A stretch of DNA of 64,000 nt from NCBI GenBank assembly GCA_027484965.1, contig JAIXRY010000015.1, positions 1,622 through 65,621 of the forward strand, in the 5' to 3' direction. The DNA comes from a bacterium (GTDB lineage: Bacteria; Patescibacteriota; Minisyncoccia; Phycocordibacterales; UBA9973). Positions 48,729 to 58,177 of the stretch are shown piece by piece. The first letter of the stretch is position 1. The number at the start of each line of letters is the position of its first letter. Under the pieces are notes generated by a model. The model made no database searches, had not been told where the DNA came from, and worked only from the letters and a program-made list of their open reading frames with translations. The translations under genes and the position numbers were made by a program.

Positions 48729-50384
48729 TTGTGTACTATAATAATTATGAATAACGATTACTCAAAAATTAAATACTTTATTTACGCTCGAAAATCTCAA
48801 GAGGGAGAGGAGAAGCAAGTTCAGTCTATTCCTGATCAATTACGAGAAGATGATATTGTCGCTAAACGATACAATATCAAGCCTGTAGGGATTTTAACTG
48901 AAGAAGGATCTGCAAAAGAACCAAACAAGAGACCTGTATTTGAAGAAATGCTTGCCCGTATAAAAAATGGTGAAGCAAATGGAATTATCTGTTGGAACTT
49001 AAACCGTTTATCAAGAAATCCAGTAGATAGCGGAAAACTTCAATGGATGCTCCAAGAGGGTTTAATTCAATCAATTTTAACACCATCCAGAGAATACAAA
49101 CCGAGTGACAATGCAATTATTTTTAGTGTGGAAAGTGGTGGAGCAAATCAATATATTCTAGATTTGAAAGTGGGAGTACGGAGAGGATTAAACAGTAAAA
49201 TCATTAAGGGGCAAGCGCCAATACTTGCACCGCTTGGATATTTGAATACTAAGCACGAACTTCGCGGAGAAAATTACATAATAAAAGATCCTGAACGATA
49301 TGAACTTGTTAAGAAAGCTTGGGAGTTGATGCTTACTGGGGAATACTCTATTCCTAAGCTTTTAAAGATAGTAAATAATGACTGGGGGTTGAGAACACGA
49401 AAAAGAAAACATCGTGGCGGTGGAGAGGTTAATAAAAGTACTATGTATGGTGTTTTTACTAATATCTTTTATACAGGACTTTATTTATATAAAGGAAAAA
49501 TAGAAAATGGTATACACGAACCAATGATTACTATTGAGGATTTTGATAAAATGCAACAGATTCTTGGGAGGTATGGAAAACCAAGAGTTAAAAGTCATAT
49601 TTTTACCTACACAGGTACTATGATATGTGGGGAGTGTAATAGTGCAATCACTGCGACTACAAAGACCAAGTTAGTAAAAACTAAAAATGAATTGAAGGAT
49701 TATACTTTCTACTATTGTTCTCGTCGCAAGAAAGGTGCAGAAAAATGTACCCAGAGGGAATATATACCACTTAAGGAGATGGAGGATATCATAAAAGAAG
49801 AATTAGAAAAATATACGATTTCAGAAAAGTTTAGAGATTGGGCTTTGAAGATTTTGGAAGAGGAGCACACAGGTGAAGTGTTGGAACGTGAAGCTATCTA
49901 TAAGTCACAATTGAACGCATTAGACGTATCTCAAAAGGAGCTTGATAATCTAATAACTATGAGAATGCGAGAACTAATAGATGATGATCAATATACTTCA
50001 CGAAAAAAGGAGCTAAGTCAGACAATTGCTGTAATGAAGCAGAAAGTATCTGAAACTCAAAGTAGGGCACAAAATTGGGTCCAATATACTGAACAGGTGT
50101 TTGAGTTTGCACATATGGCTAAAGCAAGATTTGAAGACCCAAAAACTACCGTAGATGACAAGAAAGGTATCTTTATGGCTCTTGGTTGGAACTACATCAT
50201 AAAAGACAAAAAACTTTATATTTCTCAATGTGATTTACTAGAACCGATAGTAAAAAATCGTGACGCTGTAGAAAGTGAAATAAGTCGGTTGGAACTGGAA
50301 GAAAACATTGGTACAGAAAGACAAAACACCCCTTTCGGAGTGGCTTGTCCATTACTGCGCAGTCGGCGGGACTCGAACCCGTAA
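48729..50384 (+). CDS. Large serine recombinase (serine integrase). Start possibly at 48747.
   Basis: N-terminal resolvase catalytic domain (YARKSQEG with catalytic Ser, ...R..R), recombinase domain, and zinc ribbon CGEC...C. The 3' end overlaps tRNA-Asp on the opposite strand. Confidence 0.8.
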   Translation: MCTIIIMNNDYSKIKYFIYARKSQEGEEKQVQSIPDQLREDDIVAKRYNIKPVGILTEEGSAKEPNKRPVFEEMLARIKNGEANGIICWNLNRLSRNPVDSGKLQWMLQEGLIQSILTPSREYKPSDNAIIFSVESGGANQYILDLKVGVRRGLNSKIIKGQAPILAPLGYLNTKHELRGENYIIKDPERYELVKKAWELMLTGEYSIPKLLKIVNNDWGLRTRKRKHRGGGEVNKSTMYGVFTNIFYTGLYLYKGKIENGIHEPMITIEDFDKMQQILGRYGKPRVKSHIFTYTGTMICGECNSAITATTKTKLVKTKNELKDYTFYYCSRRKKGAEKCTQREYIPLKEMEDIIKEELEKYTISEKFRDWALKILEEEHTGEVLEREAIYKSQLNALDVSQKELDNLITMRMRELIDDDQYTSRKKELSQTIAVMKQKVSETQSRAQNWVQYTEQVFEFAHMAKARFEDPKTTVDDKKGIFMALGWNYIIKDKKLYISQCDLLEPIVKNRDAVESEISRLELEENIGTERQNTPFGVACPLLRSRRDSNP

Positions 50385-50431
50385 CCTCCCGCGTGACAGG
50401 CGGGTGCTCTAACCAGTTGAGCTACGACTGC
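50358..50431 (-). tRNA. tRNA-Asp (GTC)
   Basis: Manual fold gives acceptor GCAGTCG/CGACTGC, D-arm GCTC-AACTGGTTA-GAGC, anticodon stem CCCGC/GCGGG with loop CTGTCAC, and T-arm ACGGG-TTCGAGT-CCCGC. No encoded CCA. Confidence 0.75.
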
Positions 50432-50483
50432 ATATTTGTTTTTAGACTAAACAATCTTTTTAAAAGGGAAGATGTAACCCATG

Positions 50484-50557
50484 TGTCGATGGGAGGGAAC
50501 GATCCTCCGACCTTAGCTTTATGAGTGCTACGCTCTAACCAACTGAGCTACATCGAC
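50484..50557 (-). tRNA. tRNA-Met (CAT), elongator Met or possibly Ile2. Atypical T-loop ATCGTTC and an A.A mismatch at 31:39.
   Basis: Acceptor GTCGATG/CATCGAC, D-arm GCTC-AGTTGGTTA-GAGC, anticodon loop CTCATAA. Confidence 0.55.
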
Positions 50558-50652
50558 ATGTGTTTTATATGACATTATATGAAGTATAGCAAAAAACATA
50601 TAGTGTATTTTATTCAAAAAATGACTGATGAAACCTGTCACGTTTCGAATTG

Positions 50653-50723
50653 TTGCGGGGCCCGGAATCGAACCGGGGTCCCAAGGTTATGAGCCTTGTG
50701 AGATGCCTCTTCTCTACCCCGCG
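50653..50723 (-). tRNA. tRNA-Met (CAT), probable initiator tRNA-fMet
   Basis: C1.A72 mismatch at the top of the acceptor stem (CGCGGGG / CCCCGCA). A11:U24 in the D-stem (GAGA/TCTC). Anticodon loop CTCATAA. T-arm CCCGG-TTCGATT-CCGGG. Confidence 0.6.
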
Positions 50724-50786
50724 GTAAAGTGTTCTAACATCATAACATTTTATTATAGAATATTCAAGCTTTTATTGTTCTCTATG

Positions 50787-50858
50787 AGCCATCAGTGAGA
50801 ATCGGACTCACGCTCTCTCCCTTACCAAGGGAGTGCTTTGCCACTAAGCTATGATGGC
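50787..50858 (-). tRNA. tRNA-Thr (GGT)
   Basis: Acceptor GCCATCA/TGATGGC, D-arm GCTT-AGTGGCA-AAGC, anticodon stem CTCCC/GGGAG with loop TTGGTAA, T-arm GTGAG-TCCGATT-CTCAC. Confidence 0.7.
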
Positions 50859-50963
50859 TTATTTGTTTTTATAATAATAGCTTATTTCTTGTGCGTTTCA
50901 AAATAGATTGTTGACTTTTTTATTTTTAAATGTATTATAAGATAAAAAGAAAGGAAACAAAAT

Positions 50964-51482
50964 ATGTCAGGAAAAATAAAAGATTTGCCATACGGTAGCC
51001 AGATAAGAACTTTCATGTCTGAAATTTTTAAAATTGCAAAAACGTCCCCAATAAAGATACCATATATCCTAGAAGAACTTCGAAATAAATTGGTAGAATT
51101 AGACAAAAAAGATGTTGGCCCAAGCATTTTACTCTCTAAAGGTGAGTATGTACTTGTGATAGGTACTCTAAATATTAGAAAAGAAGAAATTTCATCTATT
51201 TGTAAAGAATTTGCTATTAAAGATGTGAGATTTTTTGATGACTATGATAAAATGTCTGGAATAGAAGATGTAATCTCAAGTTCGAGGTGCGTTGCTGTTA
51301 TTTGTGGTCCTGTGCCACACTCTTTACCAAATGAGGTCATTTCAAAATATGATGAGAAGATTTTTAAAGCCAGAGTAAGCGGTAAACTGAAAATTACTCG
51401 CGGCAGTTTTTTAGAGACTATTGAGAAAATGATGCTTGATAGAACGAAGAAACATTTAGAATACGAACAGTCACGAAGTTAA
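50964..51482 (+). CDS. Hypothetical protein (172 aa)
   Basis: ORF with clear coding character. No recognised motif. Confidence 0.4.
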   Translation: MSGKIKDLPYGSQIRTFMSEIFKIAKTSPIKIPYILEELRNKLVELDKKDVGPSILLSKGEYVLVIGTLNIRKEEISSICKEFAIKDVRFFDDYDKMSGIEDVISSSRCVAVICGPVPHSLPNEVISKYDEKIFKARVSGKLKITRGSFLETIEKMMLDRTKKHLEYEQSRS

Positions 51483-51553
51483 GCTTCGTGATTTTATATT
51501 GAATAATAGGTAGTTTAATAAAATTAAATATAGGTTTATAATTTTTTTTATAA

Positions 51554-52459
51554 ATGTTATTCTTCTTAAATAATATGGACAAAGAACAAATAGAAAATCG
51601 TATAAAAGAAATAGAATTTGCTATGGAGCAAGTTGATTTTTGGAATGACAAAAATTCTGCTCAATCAATGATTCGAGAACTTCAAGATTTAAAAGAAAAA
51701 AAAGAAGGTGTTTCAAAGTATGACAAAGGGAATAGTGTCCTTACTATTATTGCAGGCGCAGGAGGTGACGACGCAGAAGACTTTGCTTTTATACTTGTGC
51801 GAATGTATGAAAAGTTTTGTGAAGGACACAACTTTCAAATGTTTCTAAAACATAAAAATGAGAATGATCATGGAGGGTATCGTAATATTACATTTTCTAT
51901 TATTGGTAAAAATTCATATGGATTTTTGAAACATGAATCCGGTGTTCATCGACTTGTAAGACTTTCTCCTTTTAATGCTGATCAAAAAAGACATACATCT
52001 TTTGCTCTTGTAGAAGTTATTCCAGAAATTGCCGAAATTGAAAGTATTACAATAAATCCTTCTGATTTAAAAGTAGAACTTTCAAAATCAAGTGGTCCCG
52101 GAGGACAGAATGTAAACAAAAGAGAGACTGCTGTGCGTGTCGTGCATATTCCTACAGGCCTCGCTTCAGGGTCTGACGGAGAACGAACTCAAGAAGCAAA
52201 CAAGGAGCAAGCAATGAAACTTCTAATAGGTAAACTTATTAAAAAAGCTGAAGATGAAAAAAAATCTTTAGAAGAAAGTATGCAGATTTCTAAAACTACA
52301 GATATTGAATGGGGGAATCAAATAAGGTCATATGTACTACATCCATACAAGATGGTAAAAGATCACAGAACAGGCGTAGAAACATCACAAGTCGACAAAG
52401 TCTTGGAAGAAGGTGCTATAGAAGATTTTATTGAGGCTGTTAAAAATCAAACTATATAA
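51554..52459 (+). CDS. prfB: Peptide chain release factor 2 (short N-terminus, no programmed frameshift evident)
   Basis: SPF tripeptide (RLSPFNAD) and GGQ motif (SGPGGQNVNK). Confidence 0.85.
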   Translation: MLFFLNNMDKEQIENRIKEIEFAMEQVDFWNDKNSAQSMIRELQDLKEKKEGVSKYDKGNSVLTIIAGAGGDDAEDFAFILVRMYEKFCEGHNFQMFLKHKNENDHGGYRNITFSIIGKNSYGFLKHESGVHRLVRLSPFNADQKRHTSFALVEVIPEIAEIESITINPSDLKVELSKSSGPGGQNVNKRETAVRVVHIPTGLASGSDGERTQEANKEQAMKLLIGKLIKKAEDEKKSLEESMQISKTTDIEWGNQIRSYVLHPYKMVKDHRTGVETSQVDKVLEEGAIEDFIEAVKNQTI

Positions 52460-52560
52460 TAACAAAAAAACACTTTTCTCGACAAAGTGTTTTTTTGTTA
52501 TTTAAATTGAATTCCACTATTAATTGTATTGAAGTCTTTTTGGAGAGGGTGGTATAATAA

Positions 52561-53247
52561 ATGGTAATGATTCAATTCGAAAATGTTTCCAAATTATATA
52601 AACAAGACGATACACTGTCTCTTGATAATATCACCTTGAAAATCAATCAAGGTGAATTTGTGTCGGTTGTTGGGCACTCAGGTGCAGGTAAGACAACTCT
52701 CACAAAGTTAATTATGAAAGAAGAATCTCCTACAACAGGGAGTATTTTTGTGGATGGTGTTGATATAGAAAAGCTTAAGAGTTCAGACCTTACACAATAT
52801 CGCCGTCGTATAGGTGTTGTGTTTCAAGATTTCCGTTTACTTCAAAACAAGACTGCATATGAAAATATTGCATTCGCTATGGAGGCTGTAGGAAAATCTG
52901 ATGAAGAAATACAAACAGATGTTCCTCATGTACTTGAGCTTGTAGATCTGTCAAATAGAATGATGCATTTTCCTTATCAAATGTCGGGAGGAGAGAAACA
53001 ACGTCTTGCTATTGCTCGTGCAATTATCAATCAGCCAGAAGTTATTATTGCAGATGAGCCTACAGGAAATCTTGACCCAATGAACACTCAAGAAGTTGTT
53101 AATATTTTGAAAAAAATTAATGACTTAGGTACAACAATCCTTCTCACAACTCACAATAAAGAAGTTATACATTCTTTAGGAAAGAGGGTTATAACTTTTG
53201 AGAAGGGTCGTATTATTAGTGATGAGAATAACAGTAAGAAAATATAA
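52561..53247 (+). CDS. ftsE: Cell division ATP-binding protein FtsE
   Basis: ABC ATPase (Walker A GHSGAGKTT, signature LSGGEKQR, Walker B IIADEPT). Followed by ftsX. Confidence 0.85.
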   Translation: MVMIQFENVSKLYKQDDTLSLDNITLKINQGEFVSVVGHSGAGKTTLTKLIMKEESPTTGSIFVDGVDIEKLKSSDLTQYRRRIGVVFQDFRLLQNKTAYENIAFAMEAVGKSDEEIQTDVPHVLELVDLSNRMMHFPYQMSGGEKQRLAIARAIINQPEVIIADEPTGNLDPMNTQEVVNILKKINDLGTTILLTTHNKEVIHSLGKRVITFEKGRIISDENNSKKI

Positions 53248-53249
53248 AT

Positions 53250-54173
53250 ATGTTTTGGATAAGCTTTAAAAGAATTATTCGTTCGGGTATCATTAATTTT
53301 CGTAGAGCGGGGACTGTGTCTTTGTCTTCTGTTCTTGTTGTTACTGTAATGCTTTCTGTTGTTGGAATTATTATATTCCTTCAAGCAACACTACAAACAG
53401 CTCTTCAGTCTATTCGCGACAGAGTTGATGTTACTGTATCATTTGTGACAAGTGCTCCAGAAGAAAAAATCTTGTTATTAAAAAATGATCTAGAACAACT
53501 TCCTGAAGTAAGAGAAGTCGCATACAAGGAACGTGAAGCGGTTCTTGCTGATTTCCGTGACCGTCATCAAGATGATTACACATCTCTTCGTGCTCTCGAT
53601 GAACTATCTCAGAATCCTTTTGGAGCAATGCTTACTATCCGTGCAACAGACCCTTCTCAATACGAAACAATTGCTAATTTCTTGGAAGAAGAAAATCCTA
53701 GTATGAAAAAATATTCAGGATTAGTAGAAAGAATAAATTATTCCCAAAACAAAGAAGTTATAGAAAGACTAAATGGAATGATTTCTGGAGCAGAAAGACT
53801 TGGTCTTATTGTAACTTTAATTTTAGCGTTTATCTCGGCTTTAATTACTTATAATACTATTCGTCTTGCTATATATATATCAAAAGAAGAAATAGGTATT
53901 ATGAAGCTTGTAGGTGCCGAAAATAAATACATCAGAGGTCCTTTCTTGATAGAAGGAGTTCTTTATGGAGTTATTGGTGCTATTACTACTCTTATAATTT
54001 TTATTCCAGTAACTTTGTGGGCAAAGCATAACTTACTGCAATTTCTTGGTATAGACCTCTTCTCGTATTATGGATCAAATTTCTTGCAAATAGCCTTTAT
54101 ACTGCTTGTTGTAGGAGTGTTTGTTTCAGTTCTATCAAGTTTTGTGGCTACTAGAAAGTATTTAAAAATATAA
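53250..54173 (+). CDS. ftsX: Cell division permease-like protein FtsX
   Basis: 4-TM FtsX topology with a large periplasmic loop. Tightly coupled to ftsE. Confidence 0.8.
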   Translation: MFWISFKRIIRSGIINFRRAGTVSLSSVLVVTVMLSVVGIIIFLQATLQTALQSIRDRVDVTVSFVTSAPEEKILLLKNDLEQLPEVREVAYKEREAVLADFRDRHQDDYTSLRALDELSQNPFGAMLTIRATDPSQYETIANFLEEENPSMKKYSGLVERINYSQNKEVIERLNGMISGAERLGLIVTLILAFISALITYNTIRLAIYISKEEIGIMKLVGAENKYIRGPFLIEGVLYGVIGAITTLIIFIPVTLWAKHNLLQFLGIDLFSYYGSNFLQIAFILLVVGVFVSVLSSFVATRKYLKI

Positions 54174-54204
54174 AATTAAAAATATAATTTACTGACAAGA
54201 TTTT

Positions 54205-55866
54205 ATGAAAAAAGATAATAAACCCCTTAATAAATATATATTCGTTGTAGGAGGGGTGATGTCGTCAGTAGGTAAAGGCATAGCAGCAGCTTCTGTTGGT
54301 AAAATTCTTCAAGCGAAAGGTTATCGTGTTACAGCTCTCAAAATTGATCCATATATTAATGTGGATGCAGGCACTATGAATCCTACAGAACATGGAGAAG
54401 TTTTCGTGACCAAGGATGGTGATGAGACAGACCAAGATATAGGTAACTATGAACGATTCCTTGATATTGATATTACAAAGATAAATTATATGACTACAGG
54501 TCGTGTATATCTTTCTGTTATTGAAAAAGAGCGTTCAATGTATTACAAAGGTAAGTGTGTAGAAGTTGTTCCTCATGTTCCTTTTGAAATTATTGATAGA
54601 ATAAATACTGCTGCAAAAAATGCTCAAGCAGATTTTACTATTGTAGAGATTGGTGGAACAGTAGGTGAATATCAAAGTATGCTTTTCTTAGAAGCTGTAA
54701 GAATGCTCAAAACAAAGAATCCAAAAGATGTAATTACTATGATGGTGTCGTATCTCCCAATACCTTCTAAAGTTGGAGAAATGAAAACAAAGCCAACACA
54801 GTATGCTGTGCGCACACTTAACTCTGCGGGAATATTTCCAAACTTCTTACTCTGTCGTGCTGAGAGATCTCTTGACGAAGTTCGTAAAGAAAAATTAGCT
54901 TTATCTTGCAATATTTCTGTAGAGAATATTATTTCAGCTCCAGATGTTGATAGTATTTATGATATTCCTCTAAATTTTGAAAAAGAAGGTCTCTCTTCTG
55001 CTATACTCAAAGAACTGGGAGTTAAAGAAAAGAAGCAAAATAAGGACGGTCTTCTTGAATGGAAAAATTTTGTAAAGAAAACAAAATCAAATACTAAACA
55101 AGTTAAAATTGCTATTATCGGAAAATATTTTGAAACAGGAGACTTTGTTCTTGCTGATTCATATTTATCTGTTATTGAAGCTTTGAAATATTCAGCGTAT
55201 GCAACAGGGAGACATCCTGTGCTTACTTGGATGAATGCTCTTGATTTTGAATCTAATCCTAAAAAATTAGAAGATCTAAAGAAATACGACGGAGTTCTTA
55301 TTCCAGGAGGATTTGGTTCTCGTGGAATAGAAGGAAAGCTTAATGTTATAGAATATGTCCGCAAAAACAAAATTCCTTATTTTGGAATTTGTTATGGTAT
55401 GCAATTAATGGTCATAGAATATGCAAGAAATATTTTGAAACTCGAAGGTGCAAACACTCGCGAGATTGATCCAAAATCAAAACATCTTGTTGTTGATGTG
55501 ATGGAATCTCAAAAAGAAAACATTGAAAAAGGAAAGTATGGCGGAAGTATGAGACTTGGCGCTTATGATGCAAAACTTAAAAAGGGAAGTATTGCATACA
55601 CTGCGTACGGACAAGAAAATATTAGTGAACGTCACCGTCACCGCTATGAAGTCAATAATGAATATGTAGAAAGGCTTGAAAATGCTGGACTCATATTCTC
55701 TGGTAAATCTCCAAGTGGTGATCTCTGTGAGATAGCCGAGCTTCCAAAAAAAGAACATCCATTTTTTCTAGGCGCTCAATTTCATCCAGAATTTCTTGCT
55801 CGTCCACTTCGCCCGCATCCATTGTTTACATCATTTATACAAGCTTCAATTAAAAATCAGAAATAA
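54205..55866 (+). CDS. pyrG: CTP synthase
   Basis: N-terminal synthetase motif FVTGGV.SS.GKG..A.S.G, and a C-terminal GATase domain with GICYGMQ. Confidence 0.92.
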   Translation: MKKDNKPLNKYIFVVGGVMSSVGKGIAAASVGKILQAKGYRVTALKIDPYINVDAGTMNPTEHGEVFVTKDGDETDQDIGNYERFLDIDITKINYMTTGRVYLSVIEKERSMYYKGKCVEVVPHVPFEIIDRINTAAKNAQADFTIVEIGGTVGEYQSMLFLEAVRMLKTKNPKDVITMMVSYLPIPSKVGEMKTKPTQYAVRTLNSAGIFPNFLLCRAERSLDEVRKEKLALSCNISVENIISAPDVDSIYDIPLNFEKEGLSSAILKELGVKEKKQNKDGLLEWKNFVKKTKSNTKQVKIAIIGKYFETGDFVLADSYLSVIEALKYSAYATGRHPVLTWMNALDFESNPKKLEDLKKYDGVLIPGGFGSRGIEGKLNVIEYVRKNKIPYFGICYGMQLMVIEYARNILKLEGANTREIDPKSKHLVVDVMESQKENIEKGKYGGSMRLGAYDAKLKKGSIAYTAYGQENISERHRHRYEVNNEYVERLENAGLIFSGKSPSGDLCEIAELPKKEHPFFLGAQFHPEFLARPLRPHPLFTSFIQASIKNQK

Positions 55867-55870
55867 ACTA

Positions 55871-55910
55871 AAACAAAAGAGCGACCCTTCGGGTCGCTCT
55901 TTTGTTTCTT
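55871..55910 (+). terminator. Rho-independent terminator after pyrG
   Basis: AAAAGAGCGACCCTTCGGGTCGCTCTTTTGTTT. Confidence 0.6.
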
Positions 55911-55911
55911 G

Positions 55912-55982
55912 TTGCTAGACTAGGACTCGAACCTAGATAGGCGGTACCAGAAACCGCAGTCCTACCATTAGACGATCTAGCA
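55912..55982 (-). tRNA. tRNA-Gln (CTG)
   Basis: Acceptor TGCTAGA/TCTAGCA (U1:A72), D-arm GTCT-AATGGTA-GGAC, anticodon stem GCGGT/ACCGC with loop TTCTGGT, T-arm CTAGG-TTCGAGT-CCTAG. Confidence 0.7.
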
Positions 55983-56064
55983 ATATTTTTATATAATACA
56001 TCATATTTTAAAATAAATATATATGTCTATAATTACTAAAAAAATCGATACAGAATAGTTTGAA

Positions 56065-56295
56065 ATGATCTCATCAGGCAAAAAGAAGTTTGAATTACGT
56101 CTTGCTGATTTTGATATTGAAGAAGGCGACACTCTAAGGCTTGAGGAATGGGTAGGAGAAAAAGAAAATAGAAAGCCAACAGGTAGAATTATAGATAAGG
56201 TTGTTACTTATGTACAAAAGCCAAATTTACAAGAATGGATAGAACAACAGCCAGAATTGTTAGAGAAATCATTTTTTGTTATACAATTTGATTAA
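56065..56295 (+). CDS. Small ASCH/DUF3850-like (PUA-fold) protein
   Basis: KKFELRLADFDIEEGDTL.LEEW pattern typical of DUF3850 / ASCH. Confidence 0.45.
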   Translation: MISSGKKKFELRLADFDIEEGDTLRLEEWVGEKENRKPTGRIIDKVVTYVQKPNLQEWIEQQPELLEKSFFVIQFD

Positions 56296-56300
56296 TATAA

Positions 56301-57413
56301 ATGTCTAAAATAATTACAAAAAATAATTTAATTACAGCCACTTTTATTTTGTGTTTTGTATTTTTATTTTGTAATTCAACAAAAGTTTTTGCAAGTTATG
56401 TAGAAAATCCTCCCATTAAAAAGATAACACTTTTTGCTGTGGGGGATATTATGATGCATAAGTCACAAATTCTTGCTGGTTATAATAAAGAAACAGATTC
56501 TTTTGACTTTTCTTCATTTTTCAAAAATATCAATCCATATCTAAAAGATGGTGATATTGTATATGCAAATCTTGAAACTCCAATAGCCGGTCAAAAATTT
56601 AAATATACTGGATATCCAACATTCAATGCCCCAGAAGAATTGCTTGGAGAAATAAAAAATAATTTTTTTACTCATCTATCTTTAGCCAATAATCATTCGC
56701 TTGATCGTGGATCTGTAGGACTTTCAAATACAATTAAAAATGTAGAAAAATATGGCTTTGTAGGGTTGGGTGCTCGTAATGATTCCACTAAACCAAATTA
56801 TGAAATCACAGAGAAGAATGGTATGCGTATAGGGTTCCTGTCTTATACTTATGGAACAAATTCTATTGTTCTTCCAAAAAGTAAGAAGTATATGCTTTCT
56901 TATATAGATAAGAACCAAATCAAAAAAGATATAGAAGAATTAAAAAAACAAAATATAGACGTCGTTGTTGTAGCTCTACACTTTGGAGATGAATATAAGT
57001 TACAAGAAAATAGTTTTCAAAAAGATATAGCCCAATATGTGTGCGATAGTGGTGCAAATATTATTTTAGGTTCTCATCCACACGTACTTGAACCTATTGT
57101 ATTTTTGAATGATAAAACATGTTTAGTTGCGTATTCTTTAGGTAACTTTATTTCTGGGATGAGCAAAGCTTATACAGACCTTGGTGGAATTTTAAAAATT
57201 GAAATTTCAAAAGAAAATGAAACACTTTCTTTGAAGCCAGAATTTATGGGCACATGGGTGAAAAGAGGTTTTGATAAAAATGGATTAAGATACTATACAG
57301 TTCTTCCTTTGGATATCGATAAAATTCCAAATGAAATTGAATTAACAAAAACAGAAAAAATTCGTCTTGAAAAATATAGAAATTTTATTAATACTAAAAT
57401 AAAAAAATATTAA
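56301..57413 (+). CDS. CapA/PgsA-family metallophosphatase-like protein (poly-gamma-glutamate capsule-synthesis family), secreted
   Basis: Signal peptide. FAVGDIMMH...YANLETP...ANNHSLD...GSHPHVLEP motifs of the CapA family. Confidence 0.7.
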   Translation: MSKIITKNNLITATFILCFVFLFCNSTKVFASYVENPPIKKITLFAVGDIMMHKSQILAGYNKETDSFDFSSFFKNINPYLKDGDIVYANLETPIAGQKFKYTGYPTFNAPEELLGEIKNNFFTHLSLANNHSLDRGSVGLSNTIKNVEKYGFVGLGARNDSTKPNYEITEKNGMRIGFLSYTYGTNSIVLPKSKKYMLSYIDKNQIKKDIEELKKQNIDVVVVALHFGDEYKLQENSFQKDIAQYVCDSGANIILGSHPHVLEPIVFLNDKTCLVAYSLGNFISGMSKAYTDLGGILKIEISKENETLSLKPEFMGTWVKRGFDKNGLRYYTVLPLDIDKIPNEIELTKTEKIRLEKYRNFINTKIKKY

Positions 57414-57414
57414 T

Positions 57415-57657
57415 ATGTTTTTTGCCTATATTTTGGAATGTAAAGACAAGACTCTTTATGTGGGTTCTACAAATAATTTAGAAAAAAGACTACACGAGCA
57501 CAATAATTCTAAAAATGGTGCGCACTATACGAAGATTCGTCGACCTGTAGTATTGAAATATTTTGAAACATTAGATACTTTTAGTGAAGCGAGAAAAAGG
57601 GAGGTCGAACTGAAGAAATTAAGTAGAGCAGAGAAATTAAAATTAATTTCTCTATAA
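57415..57657 (+). CDS. GIY-YIG nuclease-family small protein
   Basis: YILECKDKTLYVGSTNNLEKRLHEHN. Confidence 0.7.
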   Translation: MFFAYILECKDKTLYVGSTNNLEKRLHEHNNSKNGAHYTKIRRPVVLKYFETLDTFSEARKREVELKKLSRAEKLKLISL

Positions 57658-57663
57658 ATTATT

Positions 57664-58164
57664 ATGAAAAATATTTTAGAAAATAAAACACAATTTTTTG
57701 TTTCATTATTTACATCTTCTTATTTTTTATACTATCTATATACATATAAAGAATGGCACTTTCTTGATAATGTAAATTTAATCATTCATGAAGCAGGACA
57801 TGTGATATTTATGTTTTTTGGTGAATTCTTTCATATCCTTGGAGGCTCTCTTTTTCAAATGCTTTTTCCAAGTTTATTTGTTTTATATTTTTATCGGAAG
57901 CAAAATTATTTTTCGGCGTCATTGCTATTGTTTTGGGTAGGGCAGAATATTGTTAATGTTTCTGTATATGCTTCAGATGCTTTGAATATGGAATTACCTT
58001 TACTTGGTGGAGACTTAAGTGGGCATGACTGGAACAATTTATTACAGATGACAAATACACTTGAATATACAAATACTATTGGAACAAGTATTTTTTACTT
58101 AGGTGTTATCACTATCTTCTGTGCTGTTTATTTTTCATTCAAAACTCATAAAAAATCCCTCTAA
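57664..58164 (+). CDS. Membrane protein with an HExxH motif (putative small membrane metalloprotease-like)
   Basis: IIHEAGHVIF in the first TM segment. Four hydrophobic helices. Confidence 0.4.
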   Translation: MKNILENKTQFFVSLFTSSYFLYYLYTYKEWHFLDNVNLIIHEAGHVIFMFFGEFFHILGGSLFQMLFPSLFVLYFYRKQNYFSASLLLFWVGQNIVNVSVYASDALNMELPLLGGDLSGHDWNNLLQMTNTLEYTNTIGTSIFYLGVITIFCAVYFSFKTHKKSL

Positions 58165-58177
58165 TTAGAGGGATTTT

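Noticed and set aside
51482-51575. Programmed +1 frameshift site at the start of prfB
   Set aside because: No in-frame TGA or upstream short ORF. The RF2 alignment starts within about 17 residues of the ORF start.
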